Part shown: one piece after another, positions 12,880 through 24,110 of the stretch | Position numbering within the stretch: the first letter of the stretch is position 1 | Layout of the letters: every line of letters begins with the position of its first letter | Origin: Eledone cirrhosa | Lineage: Eukaryota | DNA: 64,000 nt | Assembly (NCBI GenBank): GCA_964016885.1 | Contig: OZ024743.1 | Span: 29,450,001-29,514,000, forward strand | Direction of reading: 5' to 3' | Position numbers and translations under genes: made by a program | Notes under the pieces: generated by a model | The model's input: only the letters and a program-made list of their open reading frames with translations | Database searches by the model: none | Told to the model about the DNA's origin: nothing

Positions 12880-13370
12880 CTCTATCTCTCTCTAGGGCGG
12901 GTACAATTCCCGAGATCCATGGACGAGTTCTCTCTAGCAGTCTCTGTCCCTCATTATCGATGCCATGTCCTGCGTCTCCAAGAGAACAGTGTCTGTCCTT
13001 AAGGCATCAACTTATGTTAACCTCGGTCTTCCTCTTCCAGTGTGTTAATGCAGGGCTCCGACAGGAGCACTGAGTGCAGTGTCAACTCTGGATGTCGGTG
13101 AGCATGTCCAGCTAACCTCAGTCTCCTCTGTGTCACTTTTGAGCTGACCTTTGGGAGGCGCCCGTACAGCTCTGAGTTCTTCATCATCAGTGTATACTGA
13201 TTAATATTCAGAGCCATCCTCAGCATTCTCGTGTAGCACCCATCCACCATCTGAATGAGTTTCTTGGTCAGTGTCCAAGTCTCAGACACGTATAGCAGCA
13301 CAGACTCCACTACAGCAACGTTATTTTAATCCCATAGGATGTCCTCCAAATCACTCTCCTCACCAGGCAA
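12880..13370 (-). mobile_element. RTE-clade LINE RT C-terminal fragment
   Basis: ESVLLYVSETWTLTKK...DGCYTRMLRMALNI...RRLRLAGHAHRH (ORF 13017-13310). Confidence 0.85.
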
Positions 13371-13469
13371 GCTTGATGTATTCAGTTGCTAACGAAAAGG
13401 GGATATGTTGTACTAGGAAAGTTGTTACCTGTAACGCTCAAAGGTGACTTGACATATGTCTATCTATCT

Positions 13470-13900
13470 ATCCATCCTGCACGCAATTGTACACTGCCCG
13501 GGCGTAACCGACCTGTGGAACTACGCAGAACAGCTTCTGTCGCGTATGGGACAAATGCAGTTGACTGCCGAGTCCATAGTAAAGATCAAACCACCAACTT
13601 CTTTCAAAAATGAAAGAGAGGCGGTTTTCCTCTGTATAGTAGCTATGATGAAAGAGGTTATATGGTCGAAGATATAGAGAAGACTGAGGACAGATGCCTA
13701 TCTCTCGGGACAACAACTCATTCCCTTCTTTAGATACCACTTTAGAAGGAGAATAAGAATGGAGAGAGAGACACTGCACCCCAGTAAATTTACTGAAAGG
13801 TGGGTGAATGAAGCGAAAATGGCCCGAGTGATTGGGCCTTCTCTGTTTATAAGCCTGTAGGTTAAAGAAGAGAGCAAAAGGAAGAAGGGAGCACTTGCAC
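13470..13900 (+). mobile_element. L1/Tx1-type LINE ORF2 C-terminal (zinc-finger region) fragment
   Basis: ILHAIVHCPGVTDLWNYAEQLL...; homologous to 30465-30790 and 54590-55550. Confidence 0.7.
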
Positions 13901-14109
13901 AACACGCTCCTGAAGTTGAGGGTTGCTCTATCGACGAGTTATTAAACAACCCATTGGCGATTTCGATTGTTATATTTGTTTGTTTCAATATTTTTTTACA
14001 CGACTGTATGTAAAATCCCCGGTATGTTTTTGTATTGTGCCATTTTCTTGTGCGCCCTTGTGGCAAATAAAGAAATCTATCTATCCGTCTATCTATCTGT
14101 GTGTGTGTG

Positions 14110-14186
<77 letters not shown>

Positions 14187-14232
14187 ATATATATAATAAA
14201 CAAGTAGTTTATTGTTCTACATGGCTGAATAC

Positions 14233-14397
14233 AATAAATGTAATCTGAGTTTTTCGAATATTGATAATATTTGATTCGTCACTAGAATACCCGTCATTCT
14301 TGCTCTTGTGTTGGCATGTAAACATGTTTACATGCCAACACAAGACCAATAATCGAATATTGTTATTAATATTCGAAAAATTAAGATTATATTTATA
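14233..14397. repeat. Fold-back element: perfect 42-bp central palindrome (14304-14345) plus imperfect outer arms
   Basis: TCTTGTGTTGGCATGTAAACA|TGTTTACATGCCAACACAAGA; outer TAATCTGAGTTTTTCGAATATT vs AATATTCGAAAAATTAAGATTA. Confidence 0.85.
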
Positions 14398-14398
14398 C

Positions 14399-14438
<40 letters not shown>

Positions 14439-14455
14439 ACACACAGACACACACG

Positions 14456-14504
<49 letters not shown>

Positions 14505-15074
14505 ACACATAAAGTTTTGGAACCCTTAGAACTTTTACGCTTTATAAGTAACGGTGTGCATGAAATCATAAGGTGGCGAATTATCAGAATCACTAGAGCG
14601 CAGCATAAAATGCTTTGTGGTTTTGTTCCTGCTCTCTTCCCAGAGAGATCGACTTGGTCCGTGACCGACACTGTCCTCCAGGGTCACGGAGATGTATCAC
14701 CAACGTGCTTCAAATCCCGCTATGACGTAATGTTTAGTTCGTCACTGTATTTAACACCCGACTCGGCTGTTGAGTTCTCTTAGACGCGTCCATTCTATTG
14801 CAAACATCCGGATCAAATCCCCATGTTGAGGATACTGTTGACACTGCCTTTTACCAGTACGGAAATCCCAAGAGAACCAGTAAAAATATAAATATTGATA
14901 AGATTGTTTCATTTTTGTTAGAGGTATTGAATGTCTTCGGTTTTTTTCCATAGTACATCTTGTTAAAGTCGCATCGTAGTAATCAATACTATTATAACGA
15001 ATTGCATGAAACACTTCCTTTATTTCGTATACGTTATTTTTTTTATACATTCATTATTTATCATCACCACGTCG

Positions 15075-15285
15075 TTGGTTCGGCAGAGCCGCTAGAGCTT
15101 AAGTCAAATACTTAGCAGTAATTATTTCGGCTCTTTTAGTTCTGAGGTGAAATCTCGTCGAGGTCACCTTTACATTACATCCTTTCAAGGTCGATAAAAT
15201 AAAGTAACAGGTCCGTATTAGCGTCGATAAAAATGACCTCCCTCCTCCCACAAAACTGTTGAGCTTGTGCTACGATTAGAAGCTA
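15075..15285 (+). mobile_element. Diverged tRNA-derived SINE (same family)
   Basis: CATCCTTTCAAGGTCGATAAAATAAAGTAACAG central domain. Confidence 0.7.
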
Positions 15286-17429
15286 TTATATATTATGACC
15301 GTGTAATGGATTAGGAAAATCAGTAGACAATCTGACAAATTAATTTGCGTTATTTACTTGTCCATCCCTGCCACCTCACATTCTAAGTTCAAATCCCCAC
15401 AAATTTGACATCAATATTCATTATCCTGTGGTCTATCACACAAGTATTAATGGAATATTATGATCGATGTACTCAACTTCGATTTCCGCCCCAACACGAG
15501 ACAATATTATCTGGTGCTTGAATGAGTCCATTAATGATATGAACCAAGAAGGGAGCATCCACATAATTGTTCGAACTTCAAGAAATAGCAAGCAATCTCC
15601 CTCAAACCACATCTAACTGTCTTAAAGAAGGAAATATACATAAGATAAATATGTTTATTATCACAACGGAAGTTTATTTGATCGTATATATATATATGTT
15701 TCTCTTGAAACATAGTTGTATGGTGTTAAATAAGACAATATATTTGTTCTTATTTATAGCATTTGAACTAGGGTAATGTACGGAAGAGTCAGTTGAGCAT
15801 CTATTATCTCATTATCCATAATCGTGTTTTCCAGGTAGAACTGGAAATAATCCTTATATATAATCCATCTTTCCAATAATATTAACTCTCTAGAATCGGT
15901 AGAGCGTCTATTCTTTTCTCGTTATTTATAATTTGCCTCTACCCACTGGAAGCGGCAATAACATCTATACTCATTTCTTGCCAAGAAAGTCAGCTCTCTA
16001 GAATCGGGAGAGCATGTATTCTATTCTTAGCACTCATAGTGTCTTTTCCTATCCCAAACTCCATTTTTAATTCTTCATCTTATGAATATCCGCTCTCTAG
16101 AACTTCTTTTACTCCCATATTTTCTCTCTAAAATTATGGATAATTAGATGTTCAAAGTAACATTAACATCATCTCGTCACGTACGGCATGTGGCGTGCAG
16201 TCATTTCCTTGTAGCAAATCAGTAAAAAAAATCCGTCTGCCATCGCAAAAGAAACAGATGGAATGGTCAGCGATGGAATGCTTTTTATCATTTATCATAG
16301 GTCTGTTAGACGAAAGCTCACCCAGTTCTAATCAATAATACTAAAACAAAAAAAAATAATAAATAAATAAAAAGACAAACAAAAATAAAGCACTACGGAG
16401 TCACGCAGACCTATAAAACACAACTTTATAGTCGGTTTATAGTTGAAATAATGTTATTTCGATTTTATTATCAGTTTTAGATTTATGACAAGACAACACA
16501 AATATATTACTTCCTCACTGTGGGAGTTAGATTTACAGAATATACTTGCAAAACATCATCCGAACATTTCCGATATGTTAATTACATCTTATTGCTTTTA
16601 CACAGTGGGAGATAATATTTCTTTAGCTATTGTTGATTTATTGAATGTGTACTCTTAGTCACTTTGTACTTCAAGTTACAATTTAATGCTAGTTCTTTGT
16701 ACTCCCAATGACATAGTATATCTAATGATTATACTACTAGAAAATGATTATACTAGTAAAAAACCTAATGATTATACTACTAAAAAACCCTTTAAAAACT
16801 TTTTAAAAAGTTTTAAAACTTTTAAATAATTATTTTTATATATAATTTTTTTAAAAACCCGTTTAACATTTTAACTTTCAAATGGGATAGAGTCCCTGGT
16901 CTACGTTTGTGAAAAAGTCAGGGAATCATTGTAACTCATTTAGAGGTGTGGCGGCCCGGAGATGGGTAAAAGGGAAATCCACTGGGAGTGAAGGACCCGG
17001 AGCTGTTGTAAAATATCTTTCTAAAAGAGGGAAACTTTGAAATAAAACCTGCAGTTGATGTGATTACTGGTCATTTGGTTTAAGCTTGTCACCAGTCAAT
17101 AATCATTGAAACTTAGAGAGTGGTGCTCGTGTAGTACAAACGTTTGCCACTATAATCCAATGATGGACATATGTCTCTTTTCTGATCTACTCATCTATCA
17201 TTTTATCAGCTGAAAGTCCCTTAGCGATGAGGAGGAGTCTCGTTTGCAGATCTGACCAATTGGAAGCACACAGTTGAAAATCGGCACACAGACAGGAAGG
17301 GTCTTATCATAACATCGTTGTTGTGTCTTCCTGTGACGGGGGATAACTCGGGTGGAGACTCATGTGTCTGAGCAGCCCTATTAAGGAGAGCACTGCTCAC
17401 CCTACTTCTTAGGGAGGTGCTAGAAAATG

Positions 17430-18260
17430 TGCATTTAAAATTGCCTTTCAAACCAACGTTAGGTAGTTTACTGCGGATATCGGCAGTTCATTCAAGAAGG
17501 AAAAGGAAAAAGTGAAAGACATAGTGAAACAGTTAGGAAACATCGAGTGAAACTCTATATTTGCTACTGGAATGTTAGAACATCTTTGGACCCAAACACT
17601 TCAAACCGACTAGGAAGAAGAAGAACCGCACTGGTAACGAAAGAACTCCAAAGACTGAATATAGATATTGCACCCTTGTCAGAAACACGTCTCTCAGAAT
17701 GTGATCAGCTGACTGAAGCATCATCAGGTTTCACACTTTTGTAGACAGGGAAGTCAAAAAGAGAACGGTGATAATCAGAGACCTATAATGAAATTACGCA
17801 TTCCACTTGCTTGGGGGCGATGTGCAACAATTCTGTCAGTTCATGCTCCAAATCTCCAGGCCAGTGAAGAAAGTGTTATGTCGTTCTATGTATTCCTTCG
17901 TAGTGCAATTACATCTACTCCACTTGAATAAAAAGTGATATTCTTTGGTGCTTTCAATACTCGTGTCGGCAGAAGCCACGTGCCATGGGATGCACTTGGC
18001 GATTACGGCATCAGTAAGATGAAAGCCAGGGTTTGAAGTTACTTGAGCTCTGTTTGGAACACAACCTACCCAATTGCAGTATATTCTTTCACCACAAAAG
18101 AAGCTAAAGTTATCTGGATACACCGAAGGTCAAAAGATGGCCACATGATAAATTTCATAGTAACCCAGAGATGCGACTTGAAGGATGTATGTATAGTGCG
18201 TGGCATGTGCAGTGTAATACAGACCATAAGATGATTCGGAGGAAGTTTCAGTTATGTGTT
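17430..18260 (+). pseudogene. RTE-clade LINE apurinic-like endonuclease fragment, degenerate
   Basis: WNVRT...RRTALVTKELQRLNIDIAPLSETRL (17547-17744), followed by frameshifted SVHAP, LGAFNTRVG and HMINFIVT motifs. Confidence 0.85.
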
Positions 18261-18329
18261 CGAAACATAAGACAGGTATGTGTGGCATCTGTTTCAGAAA
18301 TAAAGGTTCATATTTCAAATCTAGTCATT

Positions 18330-18650
18330 CATGCTATCCCCATTCATATCAAAATCATTTTCTTATATCGATACTATATCTAACATTTATATAACAAAAA
18401 TATATGTTATATATGAATATTGGACACGAACCCAGTGAAATATTCAATCGATGTTCAATGAGAATGTTCTATTCTTGCACAACATCCATAAGATTCAGGA
18501 TGACCGCAAACAACAAACCAGATGAGATGAGACTCCGGGAAGCACTTGCAGGTTGCAACTGTAATGTGAAGTCCATAGTATACGAGTTCAAATACAAAAC
18601 ACCAACCAGCCAGAAACCCCTGAACAATATGTTGGGATGGGCCAGAACCG
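18330..18650 (+). pseudogene. PLE linker fragment
   Basis: IFNRCSMRMFYSCTT...GCNCNVKSIVYE resembles PLE IFNRNT.K.SYSC...CNC...IVY. Confidence 0.5.
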
Positions 18651-18804
18651 ATTTAAACACGCACACACACGCGCACACATCCAACACACACACACACACG
18701 CACATACACACACATACACGCACACACGCACACACACACACACATACACCCCCCACACACACACACATACACATGTGTGTGTATGTATGTGTTTGTGTGT
18801 GTGT

Positions 18805-19090
18805 GTGAAGGTTCGTGGTTTTGTGGATAGTGTATTCGACTCACGATCGTAAGGTTGTGAGTCCGATTCCTGGGCAGTACGTTTTATCTTTGAGCAAACA
18901 TTTTATTTTCCGTTGCTCCGGTGTATTGAGCTCTCCAAAAATAAGTTGTACCAGTAATTAGAAGGGCCAGCCTTGTTATACTCTGTGGCATGCTGAACCT
19001 CTCTCAGAATTATGTTATAGGTAGGTGTATCTTTGGCATTCTCAGCCACTTGCACGTTAATACTCCTAGCCAGCTCCTTCGTTGTTTTAT
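18805..19090 (+). mobile_element. tRNA-derived CORE-type SINE (OR-like)
   Basis: GACTCACGATCGTAAGGTTGTGAGTCCGATTCC...TTGAGCAAACATTTTATTTTCCGTTGCTCC; related copies at ~51040-51230 and ~58015-58260. Confidence 0.6.
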
Positions 19091-19215
19091 AGACACACAC
19101 ACACACACACTCACACACACACACACCCACACACATACACACCCACACGCACACACGCACACACACACACACACAGAATATATATATATACAGATTTCTT
19201 CTTCTTTAAATATGT

Positions 19216-19257
<42 letters not shown>

Positions 19258-19259
19258 TT

Positions 19260-19323
<64 letters not shown>

Positions 19324-19375
19324 GCTACATATTTACACACACATATATATACATATATATATATATGTAAATATG

Positions 19376-19428
<53 letters not shown>

Positions 19429-19430
19429 TT

Positions 19431-19471
<41 letters not shown>

Positions 19472-19522
19472 CTACATATTTACACACACATATATATACA
19501 TATATATATATATGTAAATATG

Positions 19523-19554
<32 letters not shown>

Positions 19555-19783
19555 TATATACAATTAAGTTAAAGATGTACATCCATATATGTATACTGAA
19601 ATACTAGTATGTATATGAATACACACACGTATACATATGTAGATGTACCAAGTTTTTTCACTGGTCACTTTACTGTGAGTGGCCAGCTATTCTGTATGTA
19701 AACACACAGACAAACCGGTTTTTAGAGTCATACTGGTTTTTGAGGAAACACCTTTCCTCTATTCTCCAGAAAGCCAGACAAGG

Positions 19784-19828
19784 AATATTGAACTAGTTTC
19801 GTTGTTGTTACAACTCATCAGCAATATT
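19784..19828 (-). ncRNA. Minimal type-I hammerhead ribozyme, family 1 (identical minus-strand copies start at 20251, 20718, 21185, 21652, 22119)
   Basis: AAUAUUG-CUGAUGA-GUUGU AACA ACAAC-GAAA-CUAG-UU-CAAUAUU: perfect core, 7-bp stem I, 5-bp stem II, palindromic ACUAGU stem III, GUU triplet. Confidence 0.9.
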
Positions 19829-19913
19829 TACCTATCTTCCGGCCTCTCTAGAGAATCGTAAAAGCACATATCGTTATATGCTTTTTCTATGAAAATTAGT
19901 AGTGGGCAGACTA

Positions 19914-19921
19914 ATTTGCAT
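19914..19921 (-). promoter_or_regulatory. Octamer motif ATGCAAAT, once per 467-bp unit, ~86 nt upstream of the HHR
   Basis: ATTTGCAT on + strand; conserved at the homologous position of family 2. Confidence 0.45.
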
Positions 19922-22681
19922 AGAGTGTGAGTAAGTACCGGTTCAACGGAGACGATAAAAACAAATAACGAAACGAAATTAAATTTTGTTTCGTTTGTAA
20001 CTCACTTTTGTATGACTGACGCTTAAACAATTAAGTTAAAGATGTACATCCATATATGTATACTGAAATACTAGTATGTATATGAATACACACACGTATA
20101 CATATGTAGATGTACCAAGTTTTTTCACTGGTCACTTTACTGTGAGTGGCCAGCTATTCTGTATGTAAACACACAGACAAACCGGTTTTTAGAGTCATAC
20201 TGGTTTTTGAGGAAACACCTTTCCTCTATTCTCCAGAAAGCCAGACAAGGAATATTGAACTAGTTTCGTTGTTGTTACAACTCATCAGCAATATTTACCT
20301 ATCTTCCGGCCTCTCTAGAGAATCGTAAAAGCACATATCGTTATATGCTTTTTCTATGAAAATTAGTAGTGGGCAGACTAATTTGCATAGAGTGTGAGTA
20401 AGTACCGGTTCAACGGAGACGATAAAAACAAATAACGAAACGAAATTAAATTTTGTTTCGTTTGTAACTCACTTTTGTATGACTGACGCTTAAACAATTA
20501 AGTTAAAGATGTACATCCATATATGTATACTGAAATACTAGTATGTATATGAATACACACACGTATACATATGTAGATGTACCAAGTTTTTTCACTGGTC
20601 ACTTTACTGTGAGTGGCCAGCTATTCTGTATGTAAACACACAGACAAACCGGTTTTTAGAGTCATACTGGTTTTTGAGGAAACACCTTTCCTCTATTCTC
20701 CAGAAAGCCAGACAAGGAATATTGAACTAGTTTCGTTGTTGTTACAACTCATCAGCAATATTTACCTATCTTCCGGCCTCTCTAGAGAATCGTAAAAGCA
20801 CATATCGTTATATGCTTTTTCTATGAAAATTAGTAGTGGGCAGACTAATTTGCATAGAGTGTGAGTAAGTACCGGTTCAACGGAGACGATAAAAACAAAT
20901 AACGAAACGAAATTAAATTTTGTTTCGTTTGTAACTCACTTTTGTATGACTGACGCTTAAACAATTAAGTTAAAGATGTACATCCATATATGTATACTGA
21001 AATACTAGTATGTATATGAATACACACACGTATACATATGTAGATGTACCAAGTTTTTTCACTGGTCACTTTACTGTGAGTGGCCAGCTATTCTGTATGT
21101 AAACACACAGACAAACCGGTTTTTAGAGTCATACTGGTTTTTGAGGAAACACCTTTCCTCTATTCTCCAGAAAGCCAGACAAGGAATATTGAACTAGTTT
21201 CGTTGTTGTTACAACTCATCAGCAATATTTACCTATCTTCCGGCCTCTCTAGAGAATCGTAAAAGCACATATCGTTATATGCTTTTTCTATGAAAATTAG
21301 TAGTGGGCAGACTAATTTGCATAGAGTGTGAGTAAGTACCGGTTCAACGGAGACGATAAAAACAAATAACGAAACGAAATTAAATTTTGTTTCGTTTGTA
21401 ACTCACTTTTGTATGACTGACGCTTAAACAATTAAGTTAAAGATGTACATCCATATATGTATACTGAAATACTAGTATGTATATGAATACACACACGTAT
21501 ACATATGTAGATGTACCAAGTTTTTTCACTGGTCACTTTACTGTGAGTGGCCAGCTATTCTGTATGTAAACACACAGACAAACCGGTTTTTAGAGTCATA
21601 CTGGTTTTTGAGGAAACACCTTTCCTCTATTCTCCAGAAAGCCAGACAAGGAATATTGAACTAGTTTCGTTGTTGTTACAACTCATCAGCAATATTTACC
21701 TATCTTCCGGCCTCTCTAGAGAATCGTAAAAGCACATATCGTTATATGCTTTTTCTATGAAAATTAGTAGTGGGCAGACTAATTTGCATAGAGTGTGAGT
21801 AAGTACCGGTTCAACGGAGACGATAAAAACAAATAACGAAACGAAATTAAATTTTGTTTCGTTTGTAACTCACTTTTGTATGACTGACGCTTAAACAATT
21901 AAGTTAAAGATGTACATCCATATATGTATACTGAAATACTAGTATGTATATGAATACACACACGTATACATATGTAGATGTACCAAGTTTTTTCACTGGT
22001 CACTTTACTGTGAGTGGCCAGCTATTCTGTATGTAAACACACAGACAAACCGGTTTTTAGAGTCATACTGGTTTTTGAGGAAACACCTTTCCTCTATTCT
22101 CCAGAAAGCCAGACAAGGAATATTGAACTAGTTTCGTTGTTGTTACAACTCATCAGCAATATTTACCTATCTTCCGGCCTCTCTAGAGAATCGTAAAAGC
22201 ACATATCGTTATATGCTTTTTCTATGAAAATTAGTAGTGGGCAGACTAATTTGCATAGAGTGTGAGTAAGTACCGGTTCAACGGAGACGATAAAAACAAA
22301 TAACGAAACGAAATTAAATTTTGTTTCGTTTGTAACTCACTTTTGTATGACTGACGCTTAAACAATTAAGTTAAAGATGTACATCCATATATGTATACTG
22401 AAATACTAGTATGTATATGAATACACACACGTATACATATGTAGATGTACCAAGTTTTTTCACTGGTCACTTTACTGTGAGTGGCCAGCTATTCTGTATG
22501 TAAACACACAGACAAACGAAACAAAATTTAATTTCGTTTCGTTATTTGTTTTTATCGTCTCCGTTGAACCGGTACTTACTCACACTCTATGCAAATTAGT
22601 CTGCCCACTACTAATTTTCATAGAAAAAGCATATAACGATATGTGCTTTTACGATTCTCTAGAGAGGCCGGAAGATAGGTA

Positions 22682-22726
22682 AATATTGCTGATGAGTTGT
22701 AACAACAACGAAACTAGTTCAATATT
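22682..22726 (+). ncRNA. Minimal type-I hammerhead ribozyme, family 1 (inverted arm)
   Basis: AATATTG CTGATGA GTTGTAACAACAAC GAAA CTAG TT CAATATT; predicted cleavage after 22719. Confidence 0.9.
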
Positions 22727-23148
22727 CCTTGTCTGGCTTTCTGGAGAATAGAGGAAAGGTGTTTCCTCAAAAACCAGTATGACTCTAAAAACCGGTTTGT
22801 CTGTGTGTTTACATACAGAATAGCTGGCCACTCACAGTAAAGTGACCAGTGAAAAAACTTGGTACATCTACATATGTATACGTGTGTGTATTCATATACA
22901 TACTAGTATTTCAGTATACATATATGGATGTACATCTTTAACTTAATTGTTTAAGCGTCAGTCATACAAAAGTGAGTTACAAACGAAACAAAATTTAATT
23001 TCGTTTCGTTATTTGTTTTTATCGTCTCCGTTGAACCGGTACTTACTCACACTCTATGCAAATTAGTCTGCCCACTACTAATTTTCATAGAAAAAGCATA
23101 TAACGATATGTGCTTTTACGATTCTCTAGAGAGGCCGGAAGATAGGTA

Positions 23149-23193
23149 AATATTGCTGATGAGTTGTAACAACAACGAAACTAGTTCAATATT
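23149..23193 (+). ncRNA. Minimal type-I hammerhead ribozyme, family 1 (inverted arm, second copy)
   Basis: Same sequence, 467 bp downstream of 22682. Confidence 0.9.
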
Positions 23194-23482
23194 CCTTGTC
23201 TGGCTTTCTGGAGAATAGAGGAAAGGTGTTTCCTCAAAAACCAGTATGACTCTAAAAACCGGTTTGTCTGTGTGTTTACATACAGAATAGCTGGCCACTC
23301 ACAGTAAAGTGACCAGTGAAAAAACTTGGTACATCTACATATGTATACGTGTGTGTATTCATATACATACTAGTATTTCAGTATACATATATGGATGTAC
23401 ATCTTTAACTTAATTGTTTAAGCGTCAGTCATACAAAAGTGAGTTACAAACGAAACAAAATTTAATTTCGTTTCGTTATTTG

Positions 23483-23563
<81 letters not shown>

Positions 23564-23587
23564 ACATATATAAATAAAGATATATAA

Positions 23588-23662
<75 letters not shown>

Positions 23663-23939
23663 TAGAGAGAGAAATGTCGTACGTAACGATGATTTTAATG
23701 ATTATTCTAGAACGATAATTATAGTAGTCATTAAGATAATCTCCCTGGGGGATATGCAGTGTTCAAGATATTCCTTATCATTATAGCTGAGAATACGTTG
23801 TATTTATAACAATTCTGTGAAAGAATATATTTCCCATGGTAATTATCTCTGATTTTATTACTGGCCTGAATATCACCTGAATTCTGACATCTTTTCAACC
23901 ATTCATATTTATATGGTATACAATGTAAGTAAAGGATGG

Positions 23940-24110
23940 GAACCTCGATCAACTAGAAATAATGGCTAACATCTCTTAAATCATACCCTACCGTCTAAAA
24001 AATGGAAGGGGATATTAGTAAAGTAAACTGGCATATGCAAATATATGGATGGTCACATTTGAAATCAATTTGATCATACGCCTGCTGGATTGGGCCTGAA
24101 CAGATTCTTA
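23940..24110 (+). repeat. Old dispersed repeat (SINE-tail-like); related copies at ~28590-28720, 32790-32980, 33075-33230, 51985-52150
   Basis: Recurrent CTAGAAATA..GCTAA.ATCTC.TTAAATCACACC.TACCGTCT.AAAAA...TTTGATCAT consensus. Confidence 0.5.

Larger units (their letters stand above)
19560..23489. repeat. 467-bp tandem array (family 1): ~6.3 units, inversion at 22512-22517, then ~2.1 units in opposite orientation; hammerhead-containing, retrozyme-like
   Basis: Identical 60-aa ORF repeats every 467 bp (19679, 20146, 20613, 21080, 21547, 22014; minus 22649, 23116); flanked on both sides by (TA)n. Confidence 0.97.

Noticed and set aside
15880-16110. Three CTCTCTAGAA-containing repeats ~100 bp apart
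   Set aside because: Short decayed local duplications with no further structure.
19679-19861. Repeated 60-aa ORF MASYSVCKHT... in the 467-bp unit
   Set aside because: GTG start, no recognisable motif, antisense to the ribozyme; a by-product of the repeat.
19560-23489. CRISPR-like array or rDNA/snRNA gene cluster
   Set aside because: No unique spacers, eukaryotic context, and no recognisable 5S/U-snRNA/tRNA sequence in the unit.
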